Of a stretch of 64,000 nucleotides of DNA, positions 19,026 through 31,750 are shown piece after piece. The stretch spans positions 14,011 through 78,010 of the forward strand of contig JAFLEA010000002.1 in NCBI GenBank assembly GCA_017302035.1, written 5' to 3'. The stretch comes from Lysobacterales bacterium. Its GTDB lineage: Bacteria > Pseudomonadota > Gammaproteobacteria > Xanthomonadales > Xanthomonadaceae. The notes beneath the pieces were generated by a model. The model saw only the letters and a list, made by a program, of their open reading frames with translations. It searched no databases and was not told the origin of the DNA. Position 1 is the stretch's first letter. Each line of letters starts with the position of its first letter. The position numbers and the translations under genes are program-made.

Positions 19026-20147
19026 ATGCCGGTCCCGGGCCGCCCGCGCCGACGGATCGAGGCTTTGCTGGCCGAGGCCGGCGTGCGCATCGACGGCGGG
19101 AACGACTGGGACCTGCAGGTGCACGACGAGCGCCTGTACGCGCGGCTGCTGGGACAGGGCTCGCTCGGCCTGGGCGAGGCGTACATGGAGGGCTGGTGGG
19201 ATGCCGGCTCCCTCGACGGCTTCCTGCTGCGGCTGCTGCAGGCTCGGCTGGACCGGCGCGTGCACGCTCCGGGCGAGATCGGCGACGCGCTGCTGGCGCG
19301 CCTGTCCAACCGCCAGTCGCGTCGCCGCAGCGGCGAGGTCGGGCGCCGCCACTACGACCTGGGCAACGACCTGTATGCGGCCATGCTCGGTCGCCGCCTG
19401 GTGTACAGCTGCGGCTACTGGCGCGACGCCGCCGGCCTGGACGCCGCCCAGGAGGCCAAGCTCGACCTGGTCTGCCGCAAGCTGCGCCTGCGCCCGGGCA
19501 TGCGCGTGCTCGACATCGGCTGCGGCTGGGGCGAGGCTCTCAAGTATGCGGCCGAGCGCCATGGCGTTTCCGGCGTCGGGGTGACCATCTCGGCCGAGCA
19601 GGCCGGCTACGCGCGGGAACTGTGCGCGGGGTTGCCGGTGGAGATCCGCCTGCAGGACTACCGCGATCTGGACGAGCCGTTCGACGCGGTGTTCTCGATC
19701 GGCATGTTCGAGCACGTGGGCGTGCGCAACTACCGCGCCTATTTCGAGGTGGTGCGGCGTTGCCTGCCGGAAGCCGGGCTGTTCCTGCTGCACAGCATCG
19801 GTTCCAACGTCTCCGTGCGCCGTACCGATCCATGGATCGCGCGCTACATCTTCCCCAATTCGATGCTGCCATCGGCCGCGCAGATCGCCGCCGCCAGCGA
19901 AGGGGTGTTCGTGATCGAGGACTGGCACAATTTCGGCAGCGACTACGATCGCACTCTGCAGGCCTGGCGCGAGAACATCGAAGCGGCCTGGGAATGGCTC
20001 GATCCCCGCTACGACGAGCGCTTCCGCAGGATGTGGCGCTACTACCTGGCCGGCTCGATGGCGACATTCCGCAGCCGCCGCGCCCAGCTGTGGCAGATCG
20101 TGTTGTCCCCGCGCGGCGTACCCGGCGGCTACGTCGCTCCGCGTTGA
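19026..20147 (+). CDS. cfa: Cyclopropane-fatty-acyl-phospholipid synthase
   Basis: It contains HYDLGNDLY...YSCGYW...VLDIGCGWG (SAM motif I)...FDAVFSIGMFEHVG...WRYYLA, the CFA synthase family pattern. Confidence 0.9.
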   Translation: MPVPGRPRRRIEALLAEAGVRIDGGNDWDLQVHDERLYARLLGQGSLGLGEAYMEGWWDAGSLDGFLLRLLQARLDRRVHAPGEIGDALLARLSNRQSRRRSGEVGRRHYDLGNDLYAAMLGRRLVYSCGYWRDAAGLDAAQEAKLDLVCRKLRLRPGMRVLDIGCGWGEALKYAAERHGVSGVGVTISAEQAGYARELCAGLPVEIRLQDYRDLDEPFDAVFSIGMFEHVGVRNYRAYFEVVRRCLPEAGLFLLHSIGSNVSVRRTDPWIARYIFPNSMLPSAAQIAAASEGVFVIEDWHNFGSDYDRTLQAWRENIEAAWEWLDPRYDERFRRMWRYYLAGSMATFRSRRAQLWQIVLSPRGVPGGYVAPR

Positions 20148-20185
20148 TCGGATTGAGCGACAAGCGGCTGCTTCGGTCGGGCATC

Positions 20186-20296
20186 GCCGCCGTGCAGGTG
20201 TGCCGCCCGGGCGGCACATGCATGTGCCGCGCCCGGATCCCGGAGCAGGGACAGCGCAACCGCGCGGCGAGCAGCCTCCCCATGCAGCGGCGGCCC
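20186..20296 (-). repeat. Copy B of a ~110-nt imperfect palindromic intergenic repeat, in inverted orientation relative to copies A and C
   Basis: Its reverse complement aligns with copy A: GGGGCCGCCGCTGCATGGGG against GGGGCCATCGCTGCAAGGG. It also shares a 16-nt identical core, GCGCTGTCCCTGCTCC (20242-20257 rc = 49064-49079). The centre is a 20-nt perfect palindrome, GCGGCACATGCATGTGCCGC (20211-20230). Confidence 0.65.
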
Positions 20297-20337
20297 CGCA
20301 ACGAAGCCGGCGTTCCCCCTCGGGAAAGCGGTTGCCG

Positions 20338-20369
20338 AAAACGACTGCGCCACCCGAAGGTGGCGCAGT
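20338..20369 (-). terminator. Rho-independent terminator of dcp
   Basis: ACTGCGCCACC (20344-20354) pairs with GGTGGCGCAGT (20359-20369) as an 11-bp stem with a 4-nt loop. On the minus strand it is followed by CGTTTTCGG. Confidence 0.6.
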
Positions 20370-20392
20370 GCGGTGGGGCTTGATGCCGGCAC

Positions 20393-22585
20393 TCAGTGCT
20401 TCGGCGCGGCGTCCAGCCCGCGCTTGGCCAGCAACGGTTCGATCTTGGGATCGTGCCCGGCGAAGTCGCGGAACAGTTCCATCGCGTCCTTGCTGCCGCC
20501 GCGCGAGAGCAGGGTGGCGCGGAAGCGGTCGCCGTTCTCGCGCTTCAGGCCGCCATGGTTGCGGATCCATTCCTGGGTATTGGCATCGAGCACCTCGGAC
20601 CAGATATAGGCGTAGTAGCCGGCCGCATAGCCGCCCATGATGTGGCTGAAATACGGCGTGCGGTAGCGCGGCGGCACCGGCGCGAAGTAGATGCCGTCCG
20701 CCACCAGCGCATCGTGCTCGAACTTCATCACCCCGGCGGCTTCCGGCACCTGCTCCGGGCCGATCTGGTGCCAGCGCTGGTCGAGCATGGCCGCGCCCAG
20801 GTATTCGGTGGTGGCGAAGCCCTGGTTGAACTTGGCCGCGGCCAGGACCTTGTCCAGCAGCGCCTGCGGCATCGGCTCGCCGGTCTGGTGGTGCTTGGCA
20901 TAGTTGGCCAGGATCGACGGCCAGTCGGCCCACATCTCATTGACCTGCGACGGGAACTCGACGAAGTCGCGCGGCACGCTGGTACCGCTGAAGTACGGAT
21001 AGGTCACGTCCGAGAACATGCCGTGCAGCGCATGGCCGAACTCGTGGAACGCGGTGGTGACCTCGTCCCAGGTGAGCAGGGTCGGCTGGCCTTCGGTCGG
21101 CTTGGGGATGTTCAGGTGGTTGGCCACCACCGGCTGGGTACCCCGCAACTTGGACTGCGACACGTAGGAGTTCATCCACGCGCCGCCGCGCTTGGACTCG
21201 CGCGCGTAGGGGTCGAAGATGAAGATCGCCAGCTGCTTGCCGTCGGCGTCGAAGACGTCGTAGGTCCAGGTGTCCTCGCGGTACTTGGGCAGGTCGGTGC
21301 GTTCCTTGAAGCTGATCCCGTAGAGCTGGTTGGCAGCGAAGAACACGCCGTTCTCCAGCACGTTCTTCATCTCGAAGTACGGCTTGAGCTGGGATTCGTC
21401 GAAGTCGTAGCGCTCCTGGCGCACCTTCTCGGCATAGTAGGCCCAGTCCCATGGCTCGAGCTGGAAGCCGGGTTCGCCCTTGGCGGCCTGTTCCTTGTCG
21501 ATCATCGCCTGCAGGTCGGCGGCCTCGCGCTTGGCGTTGGCCACGGCGGCCGGGGCCAGCTTGCCGAGCATGGCGTTGACCGCCTCGGGGGTCTTGGCGG
21601 TCGCGTCGGCCAGCGAATAGGCGGCGTGGTTCGGGAAGCCGAGCAGCTTGGCCCGTTCGGCGCGCAGCTTCATCACCTGGGAGACGATGCCGGTGTTGTC
21701 GTACTCGTTGCCGCGGCTGCCGCGGGCGGCGGAGGCTTCGAAGATCTTCCGGCGCGACTCGCGATTGGTCAGGTAGGTCAATGGCGGCTGGCCGGTGGTG
21801 TTGAGCAGGGCGACCACGTACTTGCCCTCCAGGCCGCGCTTCTTGGCTTCCTCCGCGGCGGCGGCGACCTGGGCCTCGCTGGACCCGGCCAGCGCCTCGG
21901 CGCTGTCGAACGCCACCGCCGAGGCATTGACCTCGTTGAGCACGTTCTGGTTGAACTGGGTGCCCAGCGTGGCCAGTTGCGCGTTCATGTCCTTGAGTTT
22001 GGCCTTGTCGGCATCGGACAGCCGGGCGCCGGCACGGACGAAATCATCGTGGTAGCGCTCGACCAGGCGCAGGCCCTCGGCATCCAGGCCCAGCGAGTCG
22101 CGCCGGTCGTACAGCGCCTGGATCCGCCCGAACAGCGCAGGATCGAGCACGATCGCGTCCTGGTGGGCGGCGAAGCGCGGCGAGAAGTCCGCCTGCAGCT
22201 TCTTGCGCGCGTCGTTGGTGTCGGTACCGACCAGGTTGAAGAACACGGTGGTGGCGCGGTCGAGCACCTGGCCGCTGTTCTCCAGGGCGACGATGGTATT
22301 GTCGAAGGTCGGGGCCTCGGGGTTGTTGGCGATCGCCTCGATTTCCTTCAGCTGCTCGGCCATGCCGGCTTCGAACGCCGGGGCGAAATGCTCGTCGCGG
22401 ATCCGGTCGAAGTGCGGGTACTGCAGCGGCAGGTCGCTCTGGACGAAGAACGGGTTGTCCTGGGTGGACGGCGCGGCGGGCTGCTCGGCGCTGGCGCCGG
22501 GGGCGGGGCTTTCGGTGCGGTTGCAGGCGGTCATGCCAAGTCCAAGGGCGGCGGCGAGCGCCAGGGTGAGGCCGGTCTTCTTCAT
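20393..22585 (-). CDS. dcp: M3-family peptidyl-dipeptidase Dcp (lipoprotein)
   Basis: It contains TAFHEFGHALHG (HExxH) and ..FVEFPSQVNE, typical of M3. The N-terminus MKKTGLTLALAAALGLGMTAC is a lipobox. ATG 22585 was chosen. Confidence 0.9.
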   Translation of the reverse strand: MKKTGLTLALAAALGLGMTACNRTESPAPGASAEQPAAPSTQDNPFFVQSDLPLQYPHFDRIRDEHFAPAFEAGMAEQLKEIEAIANNPEAPTFDNTIVALENSGQVLDRATTVFFNLVGTDTNDARKKLQADFSPRFAAHQDAIVLDPALFGRIQALYDRRDSLGLDAEGLRLVERYHDDFVRAGARLSDADKAKLKDMNAQLATLGTQFNQNVLNEVNASAVAFDSAEALAGSSEAQVAAAAEEAKKRGLEGKYVVALLNTTGQPPLTYLTNRESRRKIFEASAARGSRGNEYDNTGIVSQVMKLRAERAKLLGFPNHAAYSLADATAKTPEAVNAMLGKLAPAAVANAKREAADLQAMIDKEQAAKGEPGFQLEPWDWAYYAEKVRQERYDFDESQLKPYFEMKNVLENGVFFAANQLYGISFKERTDLPKYREDTWTYDVFDADGKQLAIFIFDPYARESKRGGAWMNSYVSQSKLRGTQPVVANHLNIPKPTEGQPTLLTWDEVTTAFHEFGHALHGMFSDVTYPYFSGTSVPRDFVEFPSQVNEMWADWPSILANYAKHHQTGEPMPQALLDKVLAAAKFNQGFATTEYLGAAMLDQRWHQIGPEQVPEAAGVMKFEHDALVADGIYFAPVPPRYRTPYFSHIMGGYAAGYYAYIWSEVLDANTQEWIRNHGGLKRENGDRFRATLLSRGGSKDAMELFRDFAGHDPKIEPLLAKRGLDAAPKH

Positions 22586-22787
22586 CTGCTGCGGATCCTG
22601 CGGGGACAATCCTTTCAATCTACCGCACCCGGGGCGGTGGCGGCCCGTGACCAATGGCACGGGGCGGCCGAGGCCGTGGCCGCGCCGGGCGGGCAGGGGG
22701 CGCCGCGGCGCCCGTCCCGGACCGGAGAGGCTGCCCGGTCGCGGCCCGGCGCCGTATGCTGGAGCCAGCCTCCATCCCCGGATTCCC

Positions 22788-23279
22788 ATGGCCAGCCTCC
22801 ACGATTTCTCCGCCATCGACATCGACGGCCACCCGCGCAACCTCGCCGAATTCGCCGGCCAGGTGCTGCTGGTGGTCAACGTGGCCTCGCGCTGCGGCTT
22901 CACTCCCCAATACGCCGGGCTGGAGCAGCTCTGGCGCGACTACCGCGACCGTGGCTTCGCCGTGCTCGGCTTCCCCTGCGACCAGTTCGGCCACCAGGAA
23001 CCGGACGACGAGGCCGGGATCCGCGCCTTCTGCGCGCAGAATTTCGGGGTGAGCTTCCCGATGTTCGCCAAGGTCGAGGTCAACGGTGATGGCGCGCACC
23101 CGCTGTGGCGCTGGCTCAAGGAGGAGAAGCGGGGCTTCCTCGGCACCGGCGCGATCAAGTGGAACTTCACCAAGTTCCTGCTCGGGCGCGACGGGCGGGT
23201 GATCGCCCGCTATGCGCCGACCGAGCGCCCCGAGTCGCTCACCGGCGACATCGAGCGGGCGTTGCGCGGATCGCCCTAG
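22788..23279 (+). CDS. Glutathione peroxidase (Cys-type)
   Basis: It contains LLVVNVASRCGFTPQY...LGFPCDQFGHQEP...WNFTKFL, the GPx signatures. The active-site residue is Cys, not a TGA codon. Confidence 0.9.
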   Translation: MASLHDFSAIDIDGHPRNLAEFAGQVLLVVNVASRCGFTPQYAGLEQLWRDYRDRGFAVLGFPCDQFGHQEPDDEAGIRAFCAQNFGVSFPMFAKVEVNGDGAHPLWRWLKEEKRGFLGTGAIKWNFTKFLLGRDGRVIARYAPTERPESLTGDIERALRGSP

Positions 23280-23821
23280 GGGGCCGTCGCCGGGCGATGC
23301 TTCACGTCTTCCGGCAGCAGCGAGAGGATCTCCGCGATGATGTCGGGCAGCGACTGCTCGGAATAGCCGCGATGGGTGAAGGCCACCTTGCCGTCATGGT
23401 CGAGGATGAACATGTGCGGCAGCGACTGGACCCCGTAGCGCTCGCTGGTTTCGCCCTTGGCGTCGTGGACGTAGGTCAGGTCCAGCCCGCGGTTGGCACG
23501 CACCACCGCATTGAAGTCGCTGCGCGGCTCCTTGAAGTTGACCGCGATCACTTCCAGCGCATCGCGCCCGACCACTTCCTGGAACCGCGCCAGCACCGGA
23601 AGTTCCTTGCGGCACGGACCGCACCAGGACGCCCAGAAGGTGACGATCGCGACCTTGCCGCGGTAGTCGGCCAGGTCGACGGCCTTGCCCTGGTGGTCCC
23701 TGCCGAGCAGTTGCGGCGGCATGTCACCTGGCGCGGGTGGCGCGAGGTCCGAGGCCCGGGCGTGGCCCATGGACGAGGCCAGGCCGAGCACGGCCGCCAG
23801 CAGCCACCCGTGCAGCGACAT
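23276..23821 (-). CDS. TlpA/ResA-like periplasmic thiol:disulfide oxidoreductase
   Basis: It has a signal peptide and FWASWCGPCRKE (a CxxC thioredoxin motif). ATG 23821 was chosen. Confidence 0.8.
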   Translation of the reverse strand: MSLHGWLLAAVLGLASSMGHARASDLAPPAPGDMPPQLLGRDHQGKAVDLADYRGKVAIVTFWASWCGPCRKELPVLARFQEVVGRDALEVIAVNFKEPRSDFNAVVRANRGLDLTYVHDAKGETSERYGVQSLPHMFILDHDGKVAFTHRGYSEQSLPDIIAEILSLLPEDVKHRPATAP

Positions 23822-23883
23822 GCGGTCCGCCCGGGTTCCGGCCGCGGCCGCCGTGGCCGGTGCCTGCATGGCGCGGTCCACGG

Positions 23884-24666
23884 TCACTTCTCGACGAAGG
23901 CGCGTTCGAACACGTACTGGCCGGGCGAGCCGATCCGCGGTGCGGCGGCGAAGCCGCGGCCGTCGAGCAGGGCGCGGAAATCGGCCAGCATCTGCGGGCT
24001 GCCGCAGATCATGGCGCGGTCGCGGTCCGGGTCCAGCGGCTCGATGCCCAGGGTGCGCATCATCTGCCCGCTGGCCATCAATTCGGTGAGGCGGCCGCGG
24101 TTGGGGAAGTCCTCGCGGCTCACCGCCGGGTAGTACAGCAGCTTGCCGCGGATGGTCTCGCCGAGGAGCTCGTGCTGCGGCAGCTCCCTTTCGAAGTAGT
24201 CGCGATAGGCCAGGTCGGCGACGTTGCGCACGCCGTGGCACAGCACCACGCGTTCGAAGCGCTCGTAGGTTTCCGGGTCCTTGACCACCGACAGCCATGG
24301 CGCCAGGCCGGTGCCGGTGCCCAGCAGGTACAGGTTGCGGCCCGGGTGCAGGTCGCTGATCAGCAGGGTGCCGGTGGGCTTGCGTCCGATCAGGATGCTG
24401 TCGCCGGGCTGGATGTGCTGCAGGCGCGAGGTCAGCGGACCGTCCTGGACCTTGATCGAGAAGAACTCCAGCTGCTCTTCCCAGTTGGCGCTGGCGATGG
24501 AATAGGCGCGCAGGACCGGCTTGCCGCCTTCGGTGGGCAACCCGATCATCACGAACTGGCCGTTGTCGAAGCGGAAGCCGTCGTCGCGGGTGGTGGTGAA
24601 GCTGAAGTACGCGTCGGTCCAGTGGCGTACGTCGAGCACCGTCTCGGTGCCGTAGGCGGATGACAT
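23884..24666 (-). CDS. fpr: Ferredoxin-NADP+ reductase
   Basis: It contains RAYSIAS (FAD binding), LLGTGTGLAP (NADP binding) and MICGSPQM, and ends in YVFERAFVEK. These are bacterial Fpr features. Confidence 0.9.
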   Translation of the reverse strand: MSSAYGTETVLDVRHWTDAYFSFTTTRDDGFRFDNGQFVMIGLPTEGGKPVLRAYSIASANWEEQLEFFSIKVQDGPLTSRLQHIQPGDSILIGRKPTGTLLISDLHPGRNLYLLGTGTGLAPWLSVVKDPETYERFERVVLCHGVRNVADLAYRDYFERELPQHELLGETIRGKLLYYPAVSREDFPNRGRLTELMASGQMMRTLGIEPLDPDRDRAMICGSPQMLADFRALLDGRGFAAAPRIGSPGQYVFERAFVEK

Positions 24667-24754
24667 CGGGGGAGACAGCGCGGGGAAGGGATCGGCGTAT
24701 TGTAGCCCAGGCCGGCGCGCGGCCTCGCGGCGGAACGCGATGCCGCGGCTCCGT

Positions 24755-25915
24755 TCAACCCCGGGGCGGCTCCAGCTTCAGCAGCTTGCCGTCGTCCTCG
24801 TCGGTGACCAGGTACAGGTTGCCGTCCGGGCCGAGGCGCACGTCGCGAATGCGCTCGCCCAGGTCCTGCAGCAGGCGTTCCTCGGCCACCACCCGGTCGC
24901 CCTGCAGTTGCAGCCGGATCAACTGGCGCTGCGCCAGCGCGCCCAGGAACAGGCTGTCGTTCCACGGCTGGCCGGGCCGCCCGGTGTAGAAGGCCATGCC
25001 CGACAGTCCGGGTGAGACCTCGAACACGAAATGCGGCGGCTCCATGCCTTGCTTTTCCTTGCCCATCGCCTCGGGGATCGGCTGGCCGGAATAGTCGATG
25101 CCATGGGTGACCACCGGCCAGCCGTAGTTGCGGCCCGGGCGCGGCAGGTTCAGTTCGTCGCCGCCACGCGGGCCGTGTTCGCTCTCCCACAGCTTGCCGG
25201 TGCGGGGATCGAAGGCCAGTCCCTGCGAGTTGCGATGGCCGTAGCTCCAGATCTCCGGGCGCACCCCGGCCTGGCCGACGAAGGGGTTGTCCTCGGGCAC
25301 GCTGCCATCCAGGTTGAGACGGACCAGCTTGCCCTGCAGTTTGTCCAGTTCCTGCGCCAGCGGCCGCAGGCCGCGCTCGCCCTGGCTGATGAACACGTGG
25401 CCCTGGTCGTCGAAGGCGAAGCGCGAACCGTAATGGTGCTCGGTATCGACCTTGGGCTCCTGCCGGTAGAACACGGTCACGTCGGTGAGGCCGGCGTCGC
25501 CGAGGGTGGCCCAGGCCGCCGCGGTGCCGGACAGGCCGTTGCCGCCCGGTTCGGCGTAGCTGAGGTAGATCCGCCGGCTGTGGGCGAAGTCCGGGGCCAG
25601 GGCCACGTCCAGCAGCCCTCCCTGGCCGCGTGCATGCACCGCGGGCACGCCGGCCAGCGGTGCCGACACGCTGCCGTCGGCCGCGATCCGGCGCAGCGTG
25701 CCGCCGCGTTCGCTGACCAGGAAGCCGCCATCGGGCAGTGGCGCCACCGCCCACGGGTGCGCCAGCCCGCGCGCGATCACGCTCAGCTTGCCTTCGCCGT
25801 GTTCGCTGGCGATCCCGTGCGCCGCCATGTCCGGGGTGGCGGCGTCGGATGCAGGGACCGGCTTGCAGGCGGCCAACGCGGCCAGCAGGGCGATGGCGAG
25901 AGCGGGCAGGCGCAT
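24755..25915 (-). CDS. PQQ-dependent soluble sugar (aldose) dehydrogenase, YliI/Asd-like
   Basis: It has a signal or lipoprotein N-terminus and beta-propeller motifs: HPWAVAPLPDG..LVSER.G.LR, HYGSR..FD, EIWSYGHRNSQGLAFD and GPRGGDELN. ATG 25915 was chosen. Confidence 0.85.
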   Translation of the reverse strand: MRLPALAIALLAALAACKPVPASDAATPDMAAHGIASEHGEGKLSVIARGLAHPWAVAPLPDGGFLVSERGGTLRRIAADGSVSAPLAGVPAVHARGQGGLLDVALAPDFAHSRRIYLSYAEPGGNGLSGTAAAWATLGDAGLTDVTVFYRQEPKVDTEHHYGSRFAFDDQGHVFISQGERGLRPLAQELDKLQGKLVRLNLDGSVPEDNPFVGQAGVRPEIWSYGHRNSQGLAFDPRTGKLWESEHGPRGGDELNLPRPGRNYGWPVVTHGIDYSGQPIPEAMGKEKQGMEPPHFVFEVSPGLSGMAFYTGRPGQPWNDSLFLGALAQRQLIRLQLQGDRVVAEERLLQDLGERIRDVRLGPDGNLYLVTDEDDGKLLKLEPPRG

Positions 25916-25996
25916 GGCGGACCTCCGTTCGGTGCGGCTCCAACGATAGCCGGCGGCCGGTCGCGCCAACAACCCGCGCAGCCGCGGGAAACGCGA

Positions 25997-26016
25997 AGGC
26001 CCGCTTGCGCGGGCCT
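25997..26016 (-). terminator. GC hairpin downstream of the cytochrome c genes; a weak terminator candidate
   Basis: AGGCCCGC (25997-26004) pairs with GCGGGCCT (26009-26016) as an 8-bp stem with a 4-nt loop. The minus-strand tail TTCGCGTTTCC is only moderately T-rich. Confidence 0.4.
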
Positions 26017-26049
26017 CCGTTCGAGCCACCGGCGCTGCGGCCGGATCGG

Positions 26050-26490
26050 TCAGTGTATGCCCTGGAGGTTGCGCAGCTGGGTGGGGCGCGAGCCGAAGTA
26101 CGCCGCCAGGTCGGCGATGTCCTGATCGCCCAAGCCTGCGGCCTGCGGGGTCATCAGCGCGTGCTGGCGTTCGCCCTTGCGATACTGCTGCAGCGCATGG
26201 GCGATGTAGTCGGCGTACTGGCCGCCGATTTTCGGATAGGTGGGATCGATCGGCGCATTGCCTTCCGGGCCGTGGCAATCGACGCAACTCTGTCCGGTGG
26301 CCTTGCCCTTGGCGTTGGCCAGTTGCTCGCCGACGGCGATGCGCCCGTCGGGCAGCCCGGCCGAGGAGCTCTTCTGGGCGCTGCCTTCCTCCCCTGCGTC
26401 GTGGCCTCCCCCCTGTCCGGAGCAGGCCGCCAGGGCGAGGGCGGCGAAAAGGGCGATGGCGAGACGCTGAACGGTCACGGCTGTCGTCAT
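26050..26490 (-). CDS. Monoheme class I c-type cytochrome (c4/c553-like half)
   Basis: It has a signal or lipoprotein N-terminus, a single CVDCH heme motif and a downstream Met ligand region (HALMTPQA). Confidence 0.8.
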   Translation of the reverse strand: MTTAVTVQRLAIALFAALALAACSGQGGGHDAGEEGSAQKSSSAGLPDGRIAVGEQLANAKGKATGQSCVDCHGPEGNAPIDPTYPKIGGQYADYIAHALQQYRKGERQHALMTPQAAGLGDQDIADLAAYFGSRPTQLRNLQGIH

Positions 26491-26503
26491 GGCGAAAGGC
26501 TGC

Positions 26504-26920
26504 TTACTTGAGGGTGGACAGGAAGGCGGCGATGTCGGCGATGTCCTGGTCGGAGAAGCTCTGCGCCTGGGCCTGCATGGTCGGGTGCTTGCGCTTGCCG
26601 TCGCGGTATTCGTGCAGGGCCTGGGCCAGGTACTCGGACGACTGGCCGCCGATCATGGGCACCTTGAAGCTCGGATACGCATTCTTGTAGCCGTCGATGC
26701 CGTGGCAGCCCTGGCAGGTATAGGTCAGCTGGTGGCCGGACTCGGCGTTGCCGATGGCCGCCGCCGGAGCGGCAGCCGGGGCGGTGGCCTCGGCCGGGGC
26801 CGGCATGGCCTGCGCGGTCGCCGCAGGCTCGGCCGGCGGCGCGGCTTCCTGGGCGGAGAGGTTCAGGGACAGGGCGGAGACCAGGGCAAGGCAGGCGGCT
26901 AGCGGCAGCGGGCGCATCAT
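26504..26920 (-). CDS. Monoheme class I c-type cytochrome (c4/c553-like half)
   Basis: It has a signal peptide, a single CQGCH motif and HPTMQAQA. It is a paralogue of the neighbouring gene, sharing IGGQ...Y...AL..YR.G.R.H..M......DQDIAD.AA(Y/F). ATG 26920 was chosen. Confidence 0.8.
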   Translation of the reverse strand: MMRPLPLAACLALVSALSLNLSAQEAAPPAEPAATAQAMPAPAEATAPAAAPAAAIGNAESGHQLTYTCQGCHGIDGYKNAYPSFKVPMIGGQSSEYLAQALHEYRDGKRKHPTMQAQAQSFSDQDIADIAAFLSTLK

Positions 26921-27140
26921 TCGTGGGTCCGGGGTCGGTCGGAGGACAGTCCGTGCGGCAGGCCGCACATGAACAGACTCAGTATAGCCTGCGGTTCAGC
27001 CGGACCGGAACCTGCCGGGTCCGGAGGGGTCGAAGCGACCGGTCACCCGGCTGGACCATGACCTTCGGCGCATGGCGATTAGCCGTTCTGGTGATCTACT
27101 CGCATACAACACCTGATCACACCTCCGGACCCTCGAACCA

Positions 27141-28282
27141 ATGGATCCCCTCATGGCCCTTCGCCGTCCCACGTCCCTGCGCGCCGGATTGCGCGCCACC
27201 GTGGCTGCCTTCGTCCTCGTCTCCGCGCTGACTGCCTGCAAGGGCGGGCAGGACGCATCCGGCCCGGACAAGGCCAAGAAGGGCGACTCCGCGCCGGACG
27301 CGGTGCCGGTGGAAGTGGTGAAGGCCACCCAGCGGCCGATCGCCGCCAGCTATGCCGGGACCGCCACCCTGGTGCCGCTGGCCGAGTCGCAGGTGGTCGC
27401 CAAGACCTCCGGGGTGGCCCTGGAAGTGCTGGCCGAGGAGGGCCAGCAGGTCAAGGCCGGGCAACCGTTGGTGCGCCTCGACCCGGATCGCGCGCGCCTG
27501 GCCGTAGCCCAGGCCGAGGCGCAGTTGCGCAAGCTGGAGAACAACTATCGCCGCGCCCAGCAACTGGTCGCCCAGCAGCTGATCAGCGCCGGCGAGGTCG
27601 ACCAGATGCGCTACGACCTGGAGAACGCCCGCGCCCAGCACCAGATGGCCAAGCTGGAGCTGTCCTATACCACGGTGGTGGCACCGATCTCCGGCGTGGT
27701 GGCCTCGCGCGACATCAAGCCGGGCAACTTCGTGCAGATCAACTCGCCGATCTTCCGCATCGTCGACAGCGAGCGGCTGGAGGCGACGCTCAACGTGCCC
27801 GAACGCGAGATCGCCAAGCTCCGCGCCGGCCAGCAGGTCAAGCTGGTGGCCGATGCCTTGCCGGGCCGCGAATTCGCCGGCACGGTGGATCGGGTCGCGC
27901 CGGTGGTGGACACCGGCACCGGCACCTTCCGCGTGGTCGCCGCATTCTCCGGCGAGGGTGAACTGCAGCCCGGCATGTTCACCCGCCTGGGCATCAACTA
28001 CGACCAGCGCGCCGATGCGCTGGTGGTGCCGCGCGCGGCGCTGCTGGAGGACGGCGGCGAGCCGGCCGTGTACGTGGTCCGCGACGGCAAGGCCGCACGC
28101 ACCCCGCTCAAGCTCGGCTACGACGACGCCGGCTGGGTGGAGGTACGCGAAGGCCTGCAGGCCGGCGACGCGGTGGTCGTGGCCGGCAAGGCCGCGCTGC
28201 GCGAAGGCAGCGCGGTGCAGGTGCTGGGCCAGGCCGAACCGACGCCGGCTCCGGCTCCGGCCGCCCAAGCGGCGACCCAGTG

Positions 28283-28283
<1 letters not shown>
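27141..28283 (+). CDS. RND efflux periplasmic adaptor (membrane fusion protein), MdtA-like
   Basis: It has a lipobox LTAC and coiled-coil, lipoyl and beta-barrel segments typical of the HlyD/AcrA family (e.g. YTTVVAPISGVV..RDIKPGNFV). Confidence 0.88.
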
Positions 28284-31747
<3,464 letters not shown>

Positions 31748-31750
31748 CGG

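Noticed and set aside
22586-22787. GC-rich dyads in the dcp/gpx divergent spacer (for example GGGGCGCCGCGGCGCCC), considered as a fourth copy of the palindromic repeat family.
   Set aside because: Only one short arm-like segment resembles the family. There is no central hairpin or second arm, so the resemblance is probably just GC-rich promoter-region sequence.
20396-23089. An 897-aa plus-strand ORF opposite dcp. Similar long antisense ORFs lie opposite rpsA (41514-43523), fadB (50463-52829), lapB (43555-45366) and the M14 peptidase (13073-15187).
   Set aside because: Each fully overlaps a gene with clear family motifs on the other strand, and none shows motifs of its own. They are GC-driven open frames.
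22788-23279. Selenocysteine recoding in the glutathione peroxidase.
   Set aside because: The active-site codon is TGC (Cys, in VASRCGFT), the frame has no in-frame TGA, and no SECIS-like hairpin is needed.
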